In this document: positions 30,609-39,623 of the stretch, in pieces
Layout of the letters: each line of letters opens with the position of its first letter
Position numbering within the stretch: position 1 is the stretch's first letter
Origin: Gemmatimonadota bacterium
GTDB lineage: Bacteria; Gemmatimonadota; Gemmatimonadetes; Gemmatimonadales; GWC2-71-9
Reading direction: 5' to 3'
Assembly (NCBI GenBank): GCA_039591655.1
Contig: JBDHDE010000015.1
Span: forward strand, 22,259 to 86,258
DNA: 64,000 nucleotides
Position numbers and translations under genes: made by a program
The notes under the pieces: model-generated
Told to the model about the DNA's origin: nothing
Database searches by the model: none
Seen by the model: only the letters and a program-made list of their open reading frames with translations

Positions 30609-32213
30609 ATGACCGCCCCGCCCTTGCTCGACGCGCAAATACGGACGACGCCCGGAGGCGCCGGCACGCTGCCTCTCGATATGATCCAGGCCGCGTCACG
30701 CCGCCTCGGGATCGCGGCTCTGGTGTGGGCATTCCTGTGGGCCTTCTCCCTGGTGATGAACAACCTGGTGAGCCCCATCCTCTCGCCAGGTACGCCGCTG
30801 GACGACGCATGGCCGTGGCCCGGCAACCCGGTGGCACTGGCGGTCATTCTGGTGTCCCTCGGTCTGTTTGCGTACACCCGCTGGCACGCGTGCGACTGCC
30901 AGTTCTCCCTGGACCTCGGGCTGGCGTACGAGGTCTTCCTGGCCTTCGCCATCGGGCTCGTGAACCAGTGGACCCCCAACACCGTGGGGCTGTCGTGGAT
31001 CTGCGTGCTGGTTCTCGTGCACGCGATGATAGTGCCGAATACCCGGGGCAAGACGCTGGCGGCAGCCCTATTGGCAGCGTCGATGGATCCGGTGGGCCTC
31101 GCCATTACCGCCGCGCGGGGAGTACCCGTGCCGTCGGCTCCCGTCATCCTCTGGACGTATCTGCCCAACTACATCTGCGCACTGCTGGCCGTGATCCCGG
31201 CGCAGATCATCACCAGGCTCGGCAGCCAGGTGCGGGACGCCCGCGCGCTGGGGAGCTACCAGTTGGATGAGCTGCTGGGGCGGGGTGGGATGGGAGAAGT
31301 CTACAGCGCGCGGCATCGGCTGCTCCATCGCCCGGCGGCGGTCAAGCTGATCCGGCCGGATACGCTGAGCTCCCGCGACGGTGAGAGAGCCGACACCATC
31401 GTGGCCCGGTTCAAGCGAGAGGCGGAGGCGGTCTCGAGCCTGCACTCGCCGCACACCATCGCCCTGTACGACTTCGGGGTTACGGACGAAGGCAATCTGT
31501 ACTACGTGATGGAGTTGCTGCGGGGGCTCGACCTGGACTCGCTGGTGGAGCAGTTCGGGCCGGTGCGTCCCCCCCGCGCGGTGCACCTGCTGCGGCAGGC
31601 CTGCCACTCCCTAGCCGAGGCGCACGCCGGGGGACTCATCCACCGGGACGTCAAGCCGGCAAACCTCTACTCCTGTTGGGTGGGGTTGGAGGCGGACTTC
31701 GTGAAGGTCTTGGACTTCGGCCTGGTGAAGCCACCTGCGGAGCAGGAGGCGGAACAGGTCAGGCTCACTGCCCCCGACCTGACCACCGGCACGCCGGCGT
31801 ACATGGCTCCCGAGCTGGCCCTGCGCCAGGATCCGGACTGGCGGGCCGACATCTACTCCTTGGGCTGCGTGGCGTACTGGTTGCTCACCGGTCGGTTGGT
31901 GTTCGATGCGCCGACTCCCATGAAGATGATGGTCCAGCACATCGAGACGCGGCCCCTGCCGCCGTCGCGCTACAGCGAGTTCCAGATCGGGGCCGATCTG
32001 GACGAGCTGGTGCTCGCCTGCCTCGAGAAGGACCGACGCCGGCGCCCGTCCGACGCTCGCCAACTGGCCCGGCGGCTGGCCGAGTGCGAGGTGGGAGAGT
32101 CGTGGACGCCGGAAGTTGCCGAGCGTTGGTGGCGTGCCCACCTGCCCGAGCTCGTGCCGGCGCAGGCGCGGCGGGCGTCGCAACCGGGCGTGCCGGTGAC
32201 GGAAGAGGTCTGA
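30609..32213 (+). CDS. Membrane Ser/Thr protein kinase (N-terminal multi-TM domain, C-terminal kinase)
   Basis: GRGGMGEVY, AAVK, HRDVKPANL, DFG and GTPAYMAPE after about 6 TM helices. Confidence 0.92.
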   Translation: MTAPPLLDAQIRTTPGGAGTLPLDMIQAASRRLGIAALVWAFLWAFSLVMNNLVSPILSPGTPLDDAWPWPGNPVALAVILVSLGLFAYTRWHACDCQFSLDLGLAYEVFLAFAIGLVNQWTPNTVGLSWICVLVLVHAMIVPNTRGKTLAAALLAASMDPVGLAITAARGVPVPSAPVILWTYLPNYICALLAVIPAQIITRLGSQVRDARALGSYQLDELLGRGGMGEVYSARHRLLHRPAAVKLIRPDTLSSRDGERADTIVARFKREAEAVSSLHSPHTIALYDFGVTDEGNLYYVMELLRGLDLDSLVEQFGPVRPPRAVHLLRQACHSLAEAHAGGLIHRDVKPANLYSCWVGLEADFVKVLDFGLVKPPAEQEAEQVRLTAPDLTTGTPAYMAPELALRQDPDWRADIYSLGCVAYWLLTGRLVFDAPTPMKMMVQHIETRPLPPSRYSEFQIGADLDELVLACLEKDRRRRPSDARQLARRLAECEVGESWTPEVAERWWRAHLPELVPAQARRASQPGVPVTEEV

Positions 32214-32221
32214 CTGGCCGC

Positions 32222-33937
32222 CTAGCGCTCCACCGCCACCACCCGCCCGCTGGCCCGGGCGAGATAGACCACCACTGACGAGCTCCAGCCCTCTCCACGA
32301 TCCACCTGCAGCTCGATCTCCAAGAAGGGGTGATCCCCCAGCGATGCCGTTCCAACTGTGGGGCCGCCGGCGGCATCCAGGTCGATGGCCCGTTCCGCGG
32401 TCTCCAACCACTGGGTGCGGCCCGCCGGCTGGCGCTCCGGGGTCACCGCTGCGACTCGGTAGCGATACCGTGCGGTCTGTCCGGGGTAGACTCCCCGCTC
32501 GGCGCCGAGGTCGTGGAATCGCATGATCCCCTCGGCATGAGTGAAGAAGTCCAGCGGGACCACCCGGTCGAAGAAGAACCGTCCGATCCGGTCGCGGCGC
32601 TCCCCCAGGATCCGCGTGATGTAACGGGCCACCTCCGGCCGCGGATAATGGCCCTCGGCCACGATGGTCTCGAGGTGCCGGTCGGTGAAGGCCGTGATGA
32701 TCTTGGCCGCCCAGTAGGCGTCCCGTTTGGTGAGGTTAGCGAAGGCCGTGTTCGGCTCCAGCGGCTTGAAGGCCATGGGCTCGAACCTCTCGCTCTCGAA
32801 GTAGCCCACTTCCTCGAGCCCCTCCGGGGGATCGAGCCGCCGCCAGACGTCCTGCTGCGTACCGAGTGCCACGGCGCGTGCCAGGATGCGGACCAGGTCC
32901 AACGTGTACTCGTGACACGCCATGGGGTACGGGCCCAGTGCCCCGGCCCCCAGGCTGCTGGCGAAGTCGATCAGGTAGTGTCGGATGAAACGCCGCCCGT
33001 CCTCCTCCACGTACATGTCCAGCGTGTTGCCCTGCTTCGTGTCATAGTGACACAGCCACGCAGAGAGAATCCGCAGGCCCCGGAGCTCGCGGCGGTCCTC
33101 GTGGTTCACGCGGTCGTTGGGGTCGTCCTGGCGTCGCCCCTTCCAGTCGAACGGTCCCATCCAGTTCCCGCCGAGGAGCCGGCTCGCCAGGGCGCGCCAG
33201 GAGCCGTCGGGCAGCCGATCAACGCGGGCCAGCACGCTATCCAGATCGGCCGCCGTCATGATGCGCTCGTTCCCGTCCGGGTCCGTGAAGTCCACATCGT
33301 CGGCGAGCACGAGCCGCTCCCGGGCGAACGTCACCACGAAATCCTCCGGAACGTTGTAGCCCGCGGTGTGGAAGATGCGGCCGGAGATGACACCTGCCGC
33401 CGATGCCATGCCGAGGTAGCCCGGCGGATCGAACTTGATGAAGTAGGTGTCCCCCCTTCCGTCCTCGATGGTGAACCCCGGCGTCACACCCTCCGTCTTG
33501 GCGCCCACCACCGTCCAGGACGTCGAAACGTCGGGCCCCGCCACAGTGAGTGGCCCGCGCGCTGCCGTCTCCGGATCCATGGGGAAGAGACCGATCCGGT
33601 TGGTGAACCACGCGGAGTTCGGTACCTCGTCCAGCGTGTTCACGTTGACGGCCGGAGCCACGTGATCGCCGCCGGCGATGCCGCCGAGGCCTCGTACGAG
33701 CCGCGCTGGGTTGAGCATGCGGTCCAGCGGCCGGAAGATGGAGGCCTCGGCCCCCGAGCGGATGATGTTGGGGTCTCGCGGCTCGGGGGCCGGGATGTCC
33801 CGGCGGTCATCGGCGTGCCACGTCACCGGTGCATCCCGCAGCGGCGGCCCGCCGCCCGAGGCGGCCAGGCCCGCGAGGGCGCACAGGGCTACGGCGCTCG
33901 CGCGCCGGCTACCGCGGCGGAACCGGATCCTTCCCAT
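32222..33937 (-). CDS. Exported hypothetical protein with HipA/PI3K-like kinase motifs
   Basis: Basic and hydrophobic leader; KTEGVTPGF, YFIKFD, GYNVPE, WLCHYDTKQGNTLD and HYLIDFA. Start overlaps the upstream Omp85 gene. Confidence 0.65.
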   Translation of the reverse strand: MGRIRFRRGSRRASAVALCALAGLAASGGGPPLRDAPVTWHADDRRDIPAPEPRDPNIIRSGAEASIFRPLDRMLNPARLVRGLGGIAGGDHVAPAVNVNTLDEVPNSAWFTNRIGLFPMDPETAARGPLTVAGPDVSTSWTVVGAKTEGVTPGFTIEDGRGDTYFIKFDPPGYLGMASAAGVISGRIFHTAGYNVPEDFVVTFARERLVLADDVDFTDPDGNERIMTAADLDSVLARVDRLPDGSWRALASRLLGGNWMGPFDWKGRRQDDPNDRVNHEDRRELRGLRILSAWLCHYDTKQGNTLDMYVEEDGRRFIRHYLIDFASSLGAGALGPYPMACHEYTLDLVRILARAVALGTQQDVWRRLDPPEGLEEVGYFESERFEPMAFKPLEPNTAFANLTKRDAYWAAKIITAFTDRHLETIVAEGHYPRPEVARYITRILGERRDRIGRFFFDRVVPLDFFTHAEGIMRFHDLGAERGVYPGQTARYRYRVAAVTPERQPAGRTQWLETAERAIDLDAAGGPTVGTASLGDHPFLEIELQVDRGEGWSSSVVVYLARASGRVVAVER

Positions 33938-35363
33938 GAAACAGCCCCTTGGTCCACTGGAAGATCTGCTCGCTCTTGAGCCGGAACATCGATTGCTCAC
34001 TGCTCCGGGCGAACTCCACCCGCAGCAGGAACCCCTGTCCGTCCACCAGTCGCAGACCCAGGCCGTAGGAGAACGTCAGGTTGTCCAGGTTGATCTGGTC
34101 GAGCTCGTCGAAAACCTGACCTAAGTCGGCCAGGATGTAGATGTCGAGCCCTGCCGCCGCGGCGTGCTGGAACGCCCACAGCGGCCAGCGATACTCCGCG
34201 CTGAGCACGGTGATTCCCCTGTCCCGCCACCGGAAGTCGTTGTAACCCCGCATGAGATCGGGGTCGTCGTTGGTGAGGAGCCGCTGAAACGGGATATCCG
34301 TCGTCTGCCCCATCGGCTCGATCCACGACAGGTACCACCGCAGGGCCAGTGCATGGTAGTTGTACCATAGAGGAATGAACTGCTGCAGCTCCGCCCGAAA
34401 GGTCCAGAAGTCAATGTTGTCCTCGGGGTCCGTGCCGAGGAAGTACGACGCGCGGAGCTGACGCAGGCCTCCGCGGGTCGGCCGGCCCGTCTCCTCGAAA
34501 TCCGCGTGACCCAGGAGAACCTCCAGGCTCACACCGTCGGAGCGCTCACCGAAGCCGGAAGGCAGATCGTCGGCGAACCGCTGGCTGAGCGAGGGCTCGA
34601 AATCCCCACCCGGCTCGCCGGCGCTCACTCCGGTGTAGAGTAGCTTCCCCCGAAGCAGGAAGTTGCCGATGCGTTGCCGGTAGCTCGTGCCGAGCCAGGT
34701 GAGCCTCTGCCGGTAGAACGATTCGTCGAACCGGCTGGTCTCCGGCCCGTTGCCGAAGTAGCGGGCGTTGGCCCGGTCGCGGAACCCGGCGCCGAAGCCC
34801 AGCATGCCGCCCCGGCCGATGGGGAACTGCGCGCCGCCCGTGATTCTCTGGTCGCCCCGCACTGTGGTGTAGGCGCGGAGGCGCAGCTCGTTCCCCGGAG
34901 CGCCGACGTGATTGTGTTGGATCGAGAGGCCACCGCCGAACCCCGAGAGCCCGCCGGCGGTGATCTCCGGAAAGAGCTGGATGTTCCCCGGTGGGCGGAT
35001 GAAGATGTCGAGTATCTGTTTGTCGTCCATGAACTCGACGGTCGCGAGGATCCCGGCACCTACGGCTCTGAAGGGGAAGGTGATCACGCGATAGGGGGAG
35101 ACCAGCACGGCCTCCCAGAAAGACGCCGGACGGTTGGCGAACCGGGCGGTGGCCGAGTCGGTGGGTGCCGGGATCTCGCCCCAGTAGCTCACCCCGATGC
35201 CGGTGCCCTGGAGCCGTGCCGCACTGTCGGGAACCTGGGAGCGCTCCTGCGCCGCCGCCGTGTCGACACTAGCCGAGCCAGCCAGCGTGGCACTGGTGAG
35301 AGCGAGGAGTCGCAGGCGGCGGTGCCAGCTCGCACCGCACGGCCGGGAGGGAAGGCGGTGCAC
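33909..35363 (-). CDS. Omp85 (BamA/TamA-like) outer-membrane barrel without recognisable POTRA domains
   Basis: Signal peptide; LMRGYNDFRWRD (loop-6 RGY/F motif), SAEYRWPL, DLGQVF and SYGLGLR. Confidence 0.8.
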   Translation of the reverse strand: MHRLPSRPCGASWHRRLRLLALTSATLAGSASVDTAAAQERSQVPDSAARLQGTGIGVSYWGEIPAPTDSATARFANRPASFWEAVLVSPYRVITFPFRAVGAGILATVEFMDDKQILDIFIRPPGNIQLFPEITAGGLSGFGGGLSIQHNHVGAPGNELRLRAYTTVRGDQRITGGAQFPIGRGGMLGFGAGFRDRANARYFGNGPETSRFDESFYRQRLTWLGTSYRQRIGNFLLRGKLLYTGVSAGEPGGDFEPSLSQRFADDLPSGFGERSDGVSLEVLLGHADFEETGRPTRGGLRQLRASYFLGTDPEDNIDFWTFRAELQQFIPLWYNYHALALRWYLSWIEPMGQTTDIPFQRLLTNDDPDLMRGYNDFRWRDRGITVLSAEYRWPLWAFQHAAAAGLDIYILADLGQVFDELDQINLDNLTFSYGLGLRLVDGQGFLLRVEFARSSEQSMFRLKSEQIFQWTKGLFHGKDPVPPR

Positions 35364-35376
35364 GGTCGGCCTCGGA

Positions 35377-36810
35377 TCACTCCATTTCGAAGACCACGAA
35401 CCGGAGCTCGCCGCGTCGGTCCACATGGAGGACGACCGGGTCGCCCCGCGCGAGAGAGCCCAGCATGTTGGAGAGCTGCCCCACACTCACCACGTCTTGT
35501 CCGTTTACCGAGTAGATCACGTCGGCGATCTGCAGGCCGGAGGCCACCGACGGGACCCCGGCTGCCTGCGCGACCACAGCCACGCCGCCACGCTGCCTGA
35601 GCCAGGGTAGCATTGCCGAGATCTCGTCGTCCACCTCGACGGCCAGGATACCGAGCTCGCGAATGAGGTTGCGCTCCCGGCCCACCACTTCGGCGAAGGC
35701 ACTGGGGTCGTTGGCCCGCTCGGCGACGGACACCTGCATGGTCAGGCGGTTGAGGCCCCGCCGCACTTCCAGCGTGACGACATCGCCGACCCGGCGCTGG
35801 TAGACGTTGACGTCGAACTGCCGGGCGTTCTCCATTGGCTTGCCGTCCAGCGACACGATGACGTCTCCCACTTGGAGGCCGGCGCGCGCCCCCGGCGAAC
35901 GGGGATAGACGTCGGACACGACGACGCCCCAGGTGCGGGTGAGACGCAACCCCACCGCCAGGGTCGGCGTGATGGTCTGTGCGTTCACCCCGATCACGCC
36001 GCGGCGGACCCGGCCGCTCTCCCGGATCTGCTCGAACACGGCGCGCACGATGTTGCTGGGCGAGGCGAAGCCGATGCCCTCGCTCCCTCCGGACTGGGAC
36101 AGGATCAGGGTGTTGATCCCGATGACGTGACCGCGGGAGTTCACCAGCGGCCCCCCGGAACTGCCGGGGTTGATGGGAGCGTCGGTCTGGATGTAGGCCA
36201 TCGGATGGTCGGGCTGGAGCTGCCGTCCCACGGCGCTCACCACCCCCATCGTCACGGACGCCTCGAGGCCGAGGGGGCTGCCGAACGCAAACACGATGTT
36301 CCCCGGGCGCACCTCGTCTGAGTCGCCCAGCTCGAGGTAGGGCAGGTCGGTACCCTCGATCTTGATCACCGCCAGGTCGGTCTCGATATCCGTGCCCACT
36401 ATGCTCCCCTCGGCCCGCCGGCCCACCGGTTTCACCAGCGACCGAGCTGGGACGTCGTCAGCAGCGGGCACGGCCAACACCACGTCGAGCTGCCGGGCGC
36501 CCTCAACGACGTGGTTGTTGGTGACGATGTACCCGTCGGCGGAGACGATGACCCCGGATCCACCGCGGCGCTGGCGTCCGAGAGCCGGCGTCACACCCCG
36601 CGCTTGGCCCTCCACGGGGCCGATGGCGGTGACGTAGATCTCCACCACTGCGCGGCCCACTTGCTCCGTGAGCGCGCCGACGTACGCGCTCATATCAACC
36701 AGCACCGCCGGCGGCTCGACGGTCGGTTCCTGTGCCAGGCCCGGCGCCGACCAACCCAGGAGAGCGGCGGCGGCGAGCCACGTGGCGGTGTGGGCGGTCC
36801 TGAACTGCAT
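35377..36810 (-). CDS. HtrA/DegP-like serine protease (trypsin domain plus two PDZ domains)
   Basis: GSGVI, TNNHVV, DLAVIK, QTDAPINPGSSGGPL and two PDZ domains; signal peptide. Confidence 0.92.
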   Translation of the reverse strand: MQFRTAHTATWLAAAALLGWSAPGLAQEPTVEPPAVLVDMSAYVGALTEQVGRAVVEIYVTAIGPVEGQARGVTPALGRQRRGGSGVIVSADGYIVTNNHVVEGARQLDVVLAVPAADDVPARSLVKPVGRRAEGSIVGTDIETDLAVIKIEGTDLPYLELGDSDEVRPGNIVFAFGSPLGLEASVTMGVVSAVGRQLQPDHPMAYIQTDAPINPGSSGGPLVNSRGHVIGINTLILSQSGGSEGIGFASPSNIVRAVFEQIRESGRVRRGVIGVNAQTITPTLAVGLRLTRTWGVVVSDVYPRSPGARAGLQVGDVIVSLDGKPMENARQFDVNVYQRRVGDVVTLEVRRGLNRLTMQVSVAERANDPSAFAEVVGRERNLIRELGILAVEVDDEISAMLPWLRQRGGVAVVAQAAGVPSVASGLQIADVIYSVNGQDVVSVGQLSNMLGSLARGDPVVLHVDRRGELRFVVFEME

Positions 36811-36857
36811 CTGGTGAGTCCTCTCGAAGCTTCTGGTTTCGGAGTCGCGCCCGGTCA

Positions 36858-38468
36858 TCAGGCGGAGATGGCGGGTGCCAGCTCCCCCTTGTCGCACGCA
36901 GCGAGCTCGGGGCCCTCGGGAAGATGCGCGTCCCACCAGCTGCGGGCCCGCTCGGCCGTCCACCGCTCCGGGAGATCGAGCGCGTCGAGCCTCCCGCCCA
37001 CCTCCTCCGCCCCTGCCGGTCGGTCGCTCGGGTCCTTTGCGAGGCACTGCAGCACGAGCTCATCGAAGGCCGGCGGGATGGCGAGCTCGGAGCGCTTGGA
37101 CGGCGCCTCCGGCTCGTCCGAGATGTGTCGGTGCATCATCTTGATGGGGTTGTCCGCCTCGAACACGAGCCGTCCGCTGACGAGCCAGTAGAGCACGCAG
37201 CCCAGCGCATACACATCCACCTGTTGATCCGCGCTACGCTCGCCCATGGCGAGCTCCGGCGCCATGAATGCCGGCGTCCCAGTCGTCATGTGGGGCTGCG
37301 TGAGCATCGTCTGCTCCCGGCTCTGATCAGCCTTGACCAGCCCGAAATCGAGCACCTTCACGAAGTCCAGGGAAAAGCCCATGCGGCACGTGTGGAGGTT
37401 CGACGGCTTTATGTCACGGTGGATCAGCCCTTTGGCGTGCGCCTCCGCCAGGGACTCGCACGCCTGGCGCGCCAGGTGCGCCGCCCGCTCCGGGGGAATC
37501 GGTCCGAACCGGTTCACCAGCTCCTCGAACCCGGCGCCGTCCAACAGCTCCATCACGTAGTAGAACGCACCGTCCTCGGCGACGCCGAAGTCGTACAGCT
37601 CGATGGTGTGCGGCGACCGGAGGGTCGCGGCGGCCTGCGCCTCCCGCTTGAACCGCTCCACCGCTACGTGCTGTTGAGCGGCTGTGCTCGCCCCGAGCAC
37701 CTCTGGCCGGATCAGCTTGATCGCCGCCGGCCGCGCCAGGAGACGGTGCTCGGCGTGGAACACCTCTCCCATTCCGCCGGCTCCCAGGCGATCACCCAGT
37801 TTGTAGCTGCCCAGCTCCCGTGCCTGGCGCACCTGGCGGCCGAGTCCGCGAATGATCTTCGCGGGAAGGACGGCCAGCGCCGCGGTGAAGTACGTGGGTG
37901 CGAACGCGAAGACGGCCTCGGCTGCGCCCATGGTGATCTCCACGCCGCGCAGCTTGGCGATGGCGAGACCCACGGGATCCATCGACGCCGCGAGCAACGA
38001 GGCGACGAAGATCTTGTGGGGTGTGTTGGGCGCGATGCTCGGGTAGACCAGGATGACGATCGCGATCCAGGACAGTCCGTCAGTTGGGGAGGGGGCCCAC
38101 ATTTGGAGGACCCCGATCAGGAAGGCGGTCACCACCTCGAACCCCAGGCCCAGGTCGAGCAGCAGGTTGGGCCGGTGGTGCAGCCGCGCGGCAACAAACA
38201 CCATCGCCACCGACAGGACGAGCCCGGTGCCGGCGATCGCATTGCCCGGCATGGGCCACGGTCGGTCGCTCATGAGCATGGGGGTGTCGACGAACCGCGT
38301 AACGGCGTTTGCCAGGAATAGGCCGAACGCCCACAGCGAGGCGACTGCCAGGCTCGCGATGCCGACCCGCCTGCACGACTGGGAGAGCAACTCGGTGGGC
38401 AGGGACATGCGCCCGCTGCGGGTGGAGCCCGACGGCGTCGCCGCCGCGTGGATTCTCTCAGCACTCAT
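36858..38468 (-). CDS. Membrane Ser/Thr protein kinase, paralog of 30609-32213
   Basis: GAGGMGEVF, AAIK, HRDIKPSNL, DFG and GTPAFMAPE; shares WPxPGN and ASMDPVGLAI in the TM domain. Confidence 0.92.
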   Translation of the reverse strand: MSAERIHAAATPSGSTRSGRMSLPTELLSQSCRRVGIASLAVASLWAFGLFLANAVTRFVDTPMLMSDRPWPMPGNAIAGTGLVLSVAMVFVAARLHHRPNLLLDLGLGFEVVTAFLIGVLQMWAPSPTDGLSWIAIVILVYPSIAPNTPHKIFVASLLAASMDPVGLAIAKLRGVEITMGAAEAVFAFAPTYFTAALAVLPAKIIRGLGRQVRQARELGSYKLGDRLGAGGMGEVFHAEHRLLARPAAIKLIRPEVLGASTAAQQHVAVERFKREAQAAATLRSPHTIELYDFGVAEDGAFYYVMELLDGAGFEELVNRFGPIPPERAAHLARQACESLAEAHAKGLIHRDIKPSNLHTCRMGFSLDFVKVLDFGLVKADQSREQTMLTQPHMTTGTPAFMAPELAMGERSADQQVDVYALGCVLYWLVSGRLVFEADNPIKMMHRHISDEPEAPSKRSELAIPPAFDELVLQCLAKDPSDRPAGAEEVGGRLDALDLPERWTAERARSWWDAHLPEGPELAACDKGELAPAISA

Positions 38469-38587
38469 GGATGGGCCTTCCCGGACGAACCTTACGGGAT
38501 GATCTCGAAGACTATCATACGGCTGGGGGGTTGGAAAGTTCGAGCGTTGCGGCCGGGTGGGTAGAGCGCAAAGAATCGAGCGGTGGG

Positions 38588-39436
38588 CTAGCCTGCCTTC
38601 CGCCGCTTCGCTGCCGTCTTCTTCTTGGCAGCGCGCTTGACCTGCTTCGGCGCAGGCGCCGCGTCGCCCTTGGCCAGGCTCGCCTTCAGCGCCTCCATGA
38701 GATCGATGATCTGTGTTTGAGGCTCCTCCGCCGGCGCGGCGGTGATCTCCTCGCCCTCGATCTTGCGCTGGATCTGCTCCAGCATGCGCTTGCGGACGTC
38801 GTCCTCGTAGTTCTCGGGCTTGAACTCGTCGGAGGCCGCCTGCCGGATGAGCTGCACTGCCAGCGTGAGCTCCTCATCCTTCACGCTGCCCTCCCCGATG
38901 GGGACCTCCGAGAACGAGCGCAGCTCGTCGGCGTAGTGCAGCTGTTCCATCACGAGGCCCTCGCCCATGGGCCGCACCAGGACGAGGTACTGCTTGCCGC
39001 GGGCCGCGTAGCGGGCGAGGGCCGAGAGGCCGGCTTCCTGCATCGCCTTGCTCAACAGCCGGTAGGCCCGCTCGCCGCCCTTGTCGGGACCCAGGTAGTA
39101 GATCTTGCTGAGATAGCGCCGCTCCACCTGCTCGGCGGGGACGAACTCGGCGATGTCGACCGACTCAGTGGCCTTCTCCTCCACCGCCTTGAGCTCCTCG
39201 GGCGTGAACAGGACGTACTGATCCTTGGCGAACTCGTAGCCCTTGACCATGCCCTCCCGGTCCACGATCTCGCCGTCGGTCTTGCAGACGTATTGCTGCT
39301 TGAGGCGGGAGCCGCAGTCCCTGTGGACCCAGTTGAAGCTGACCTTGGTCTTGGGCTCGGCCGACGAGTAGAGCTTCACCGGGACCGAGACCAGGCCGAA
39401 TGACACCGTGGCAGAGCCGATGGGGCGTGCACTCAT
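38588..39436 (-). CDS. ku: Non-homologous end-joining protein Ku
   Basis: VSFGLVSVPVKLY, VKGYE, YYLGP, Y.LL..AM, IIDLMEALKASL and a basic tail. Confidence 0.95.
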   Translation of the reverse strand: MSARPIGSATVSFGLVSVPVKLYSSAEPKTKVSFNWVHRDCGSRLKQQYVCKTDGEIVDREGMVKGYEFAKDQYVLFTPEELKAVEEKATESVDIAEFVPAEQVERRYLSKIYYLGPDKGGERAYRLLSKAMQEAGLSALARYAARGKQYLVLVRPMGEGLVMEQLHYADELRSFSEVPIGEGSVKDEELTLAVQLIRQAASDEFKPENYEDDVRKRMLEQIQRKIEGEEITAAPAEEPQTQIIDLMEALKASLAKGDAAPAPKQVKRAAKKKTAAKRRKAG

Positions 39437-39623
39437 GGGGTACCTTGCCAACCCGTAAGGGGCGGAACTATAAGGACTTCCGGCCCGTGTCGCAAGCCGC
39501 CGCACCGGCGCGATACGAGCTAACCCGATGTGCCGTAAGCCGTTAGAATGCGCAACTTGATGGGGAGCGTTCCACTCGGGTAATTGCGACGTGCCAGTTG
39601 GCCTGCGTATGATACGCCGTCAC

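Noticed and set aside
36140..36190. HtrA active-site motif GSSGG rather than GNSGG
   Set aside because: The catalytic Ser, His and Asp motifs are all present, so this is a minor variant.
39464..39573. GGAAC boxes on both strands between ku and ligD, resembling ECF general-stress promoters
   Set aside because: The -10 elements match poorly or are mis-spaced (GGAAC-N17-CGTG; GGAAC-N17-GCATT), which is too weak to call.
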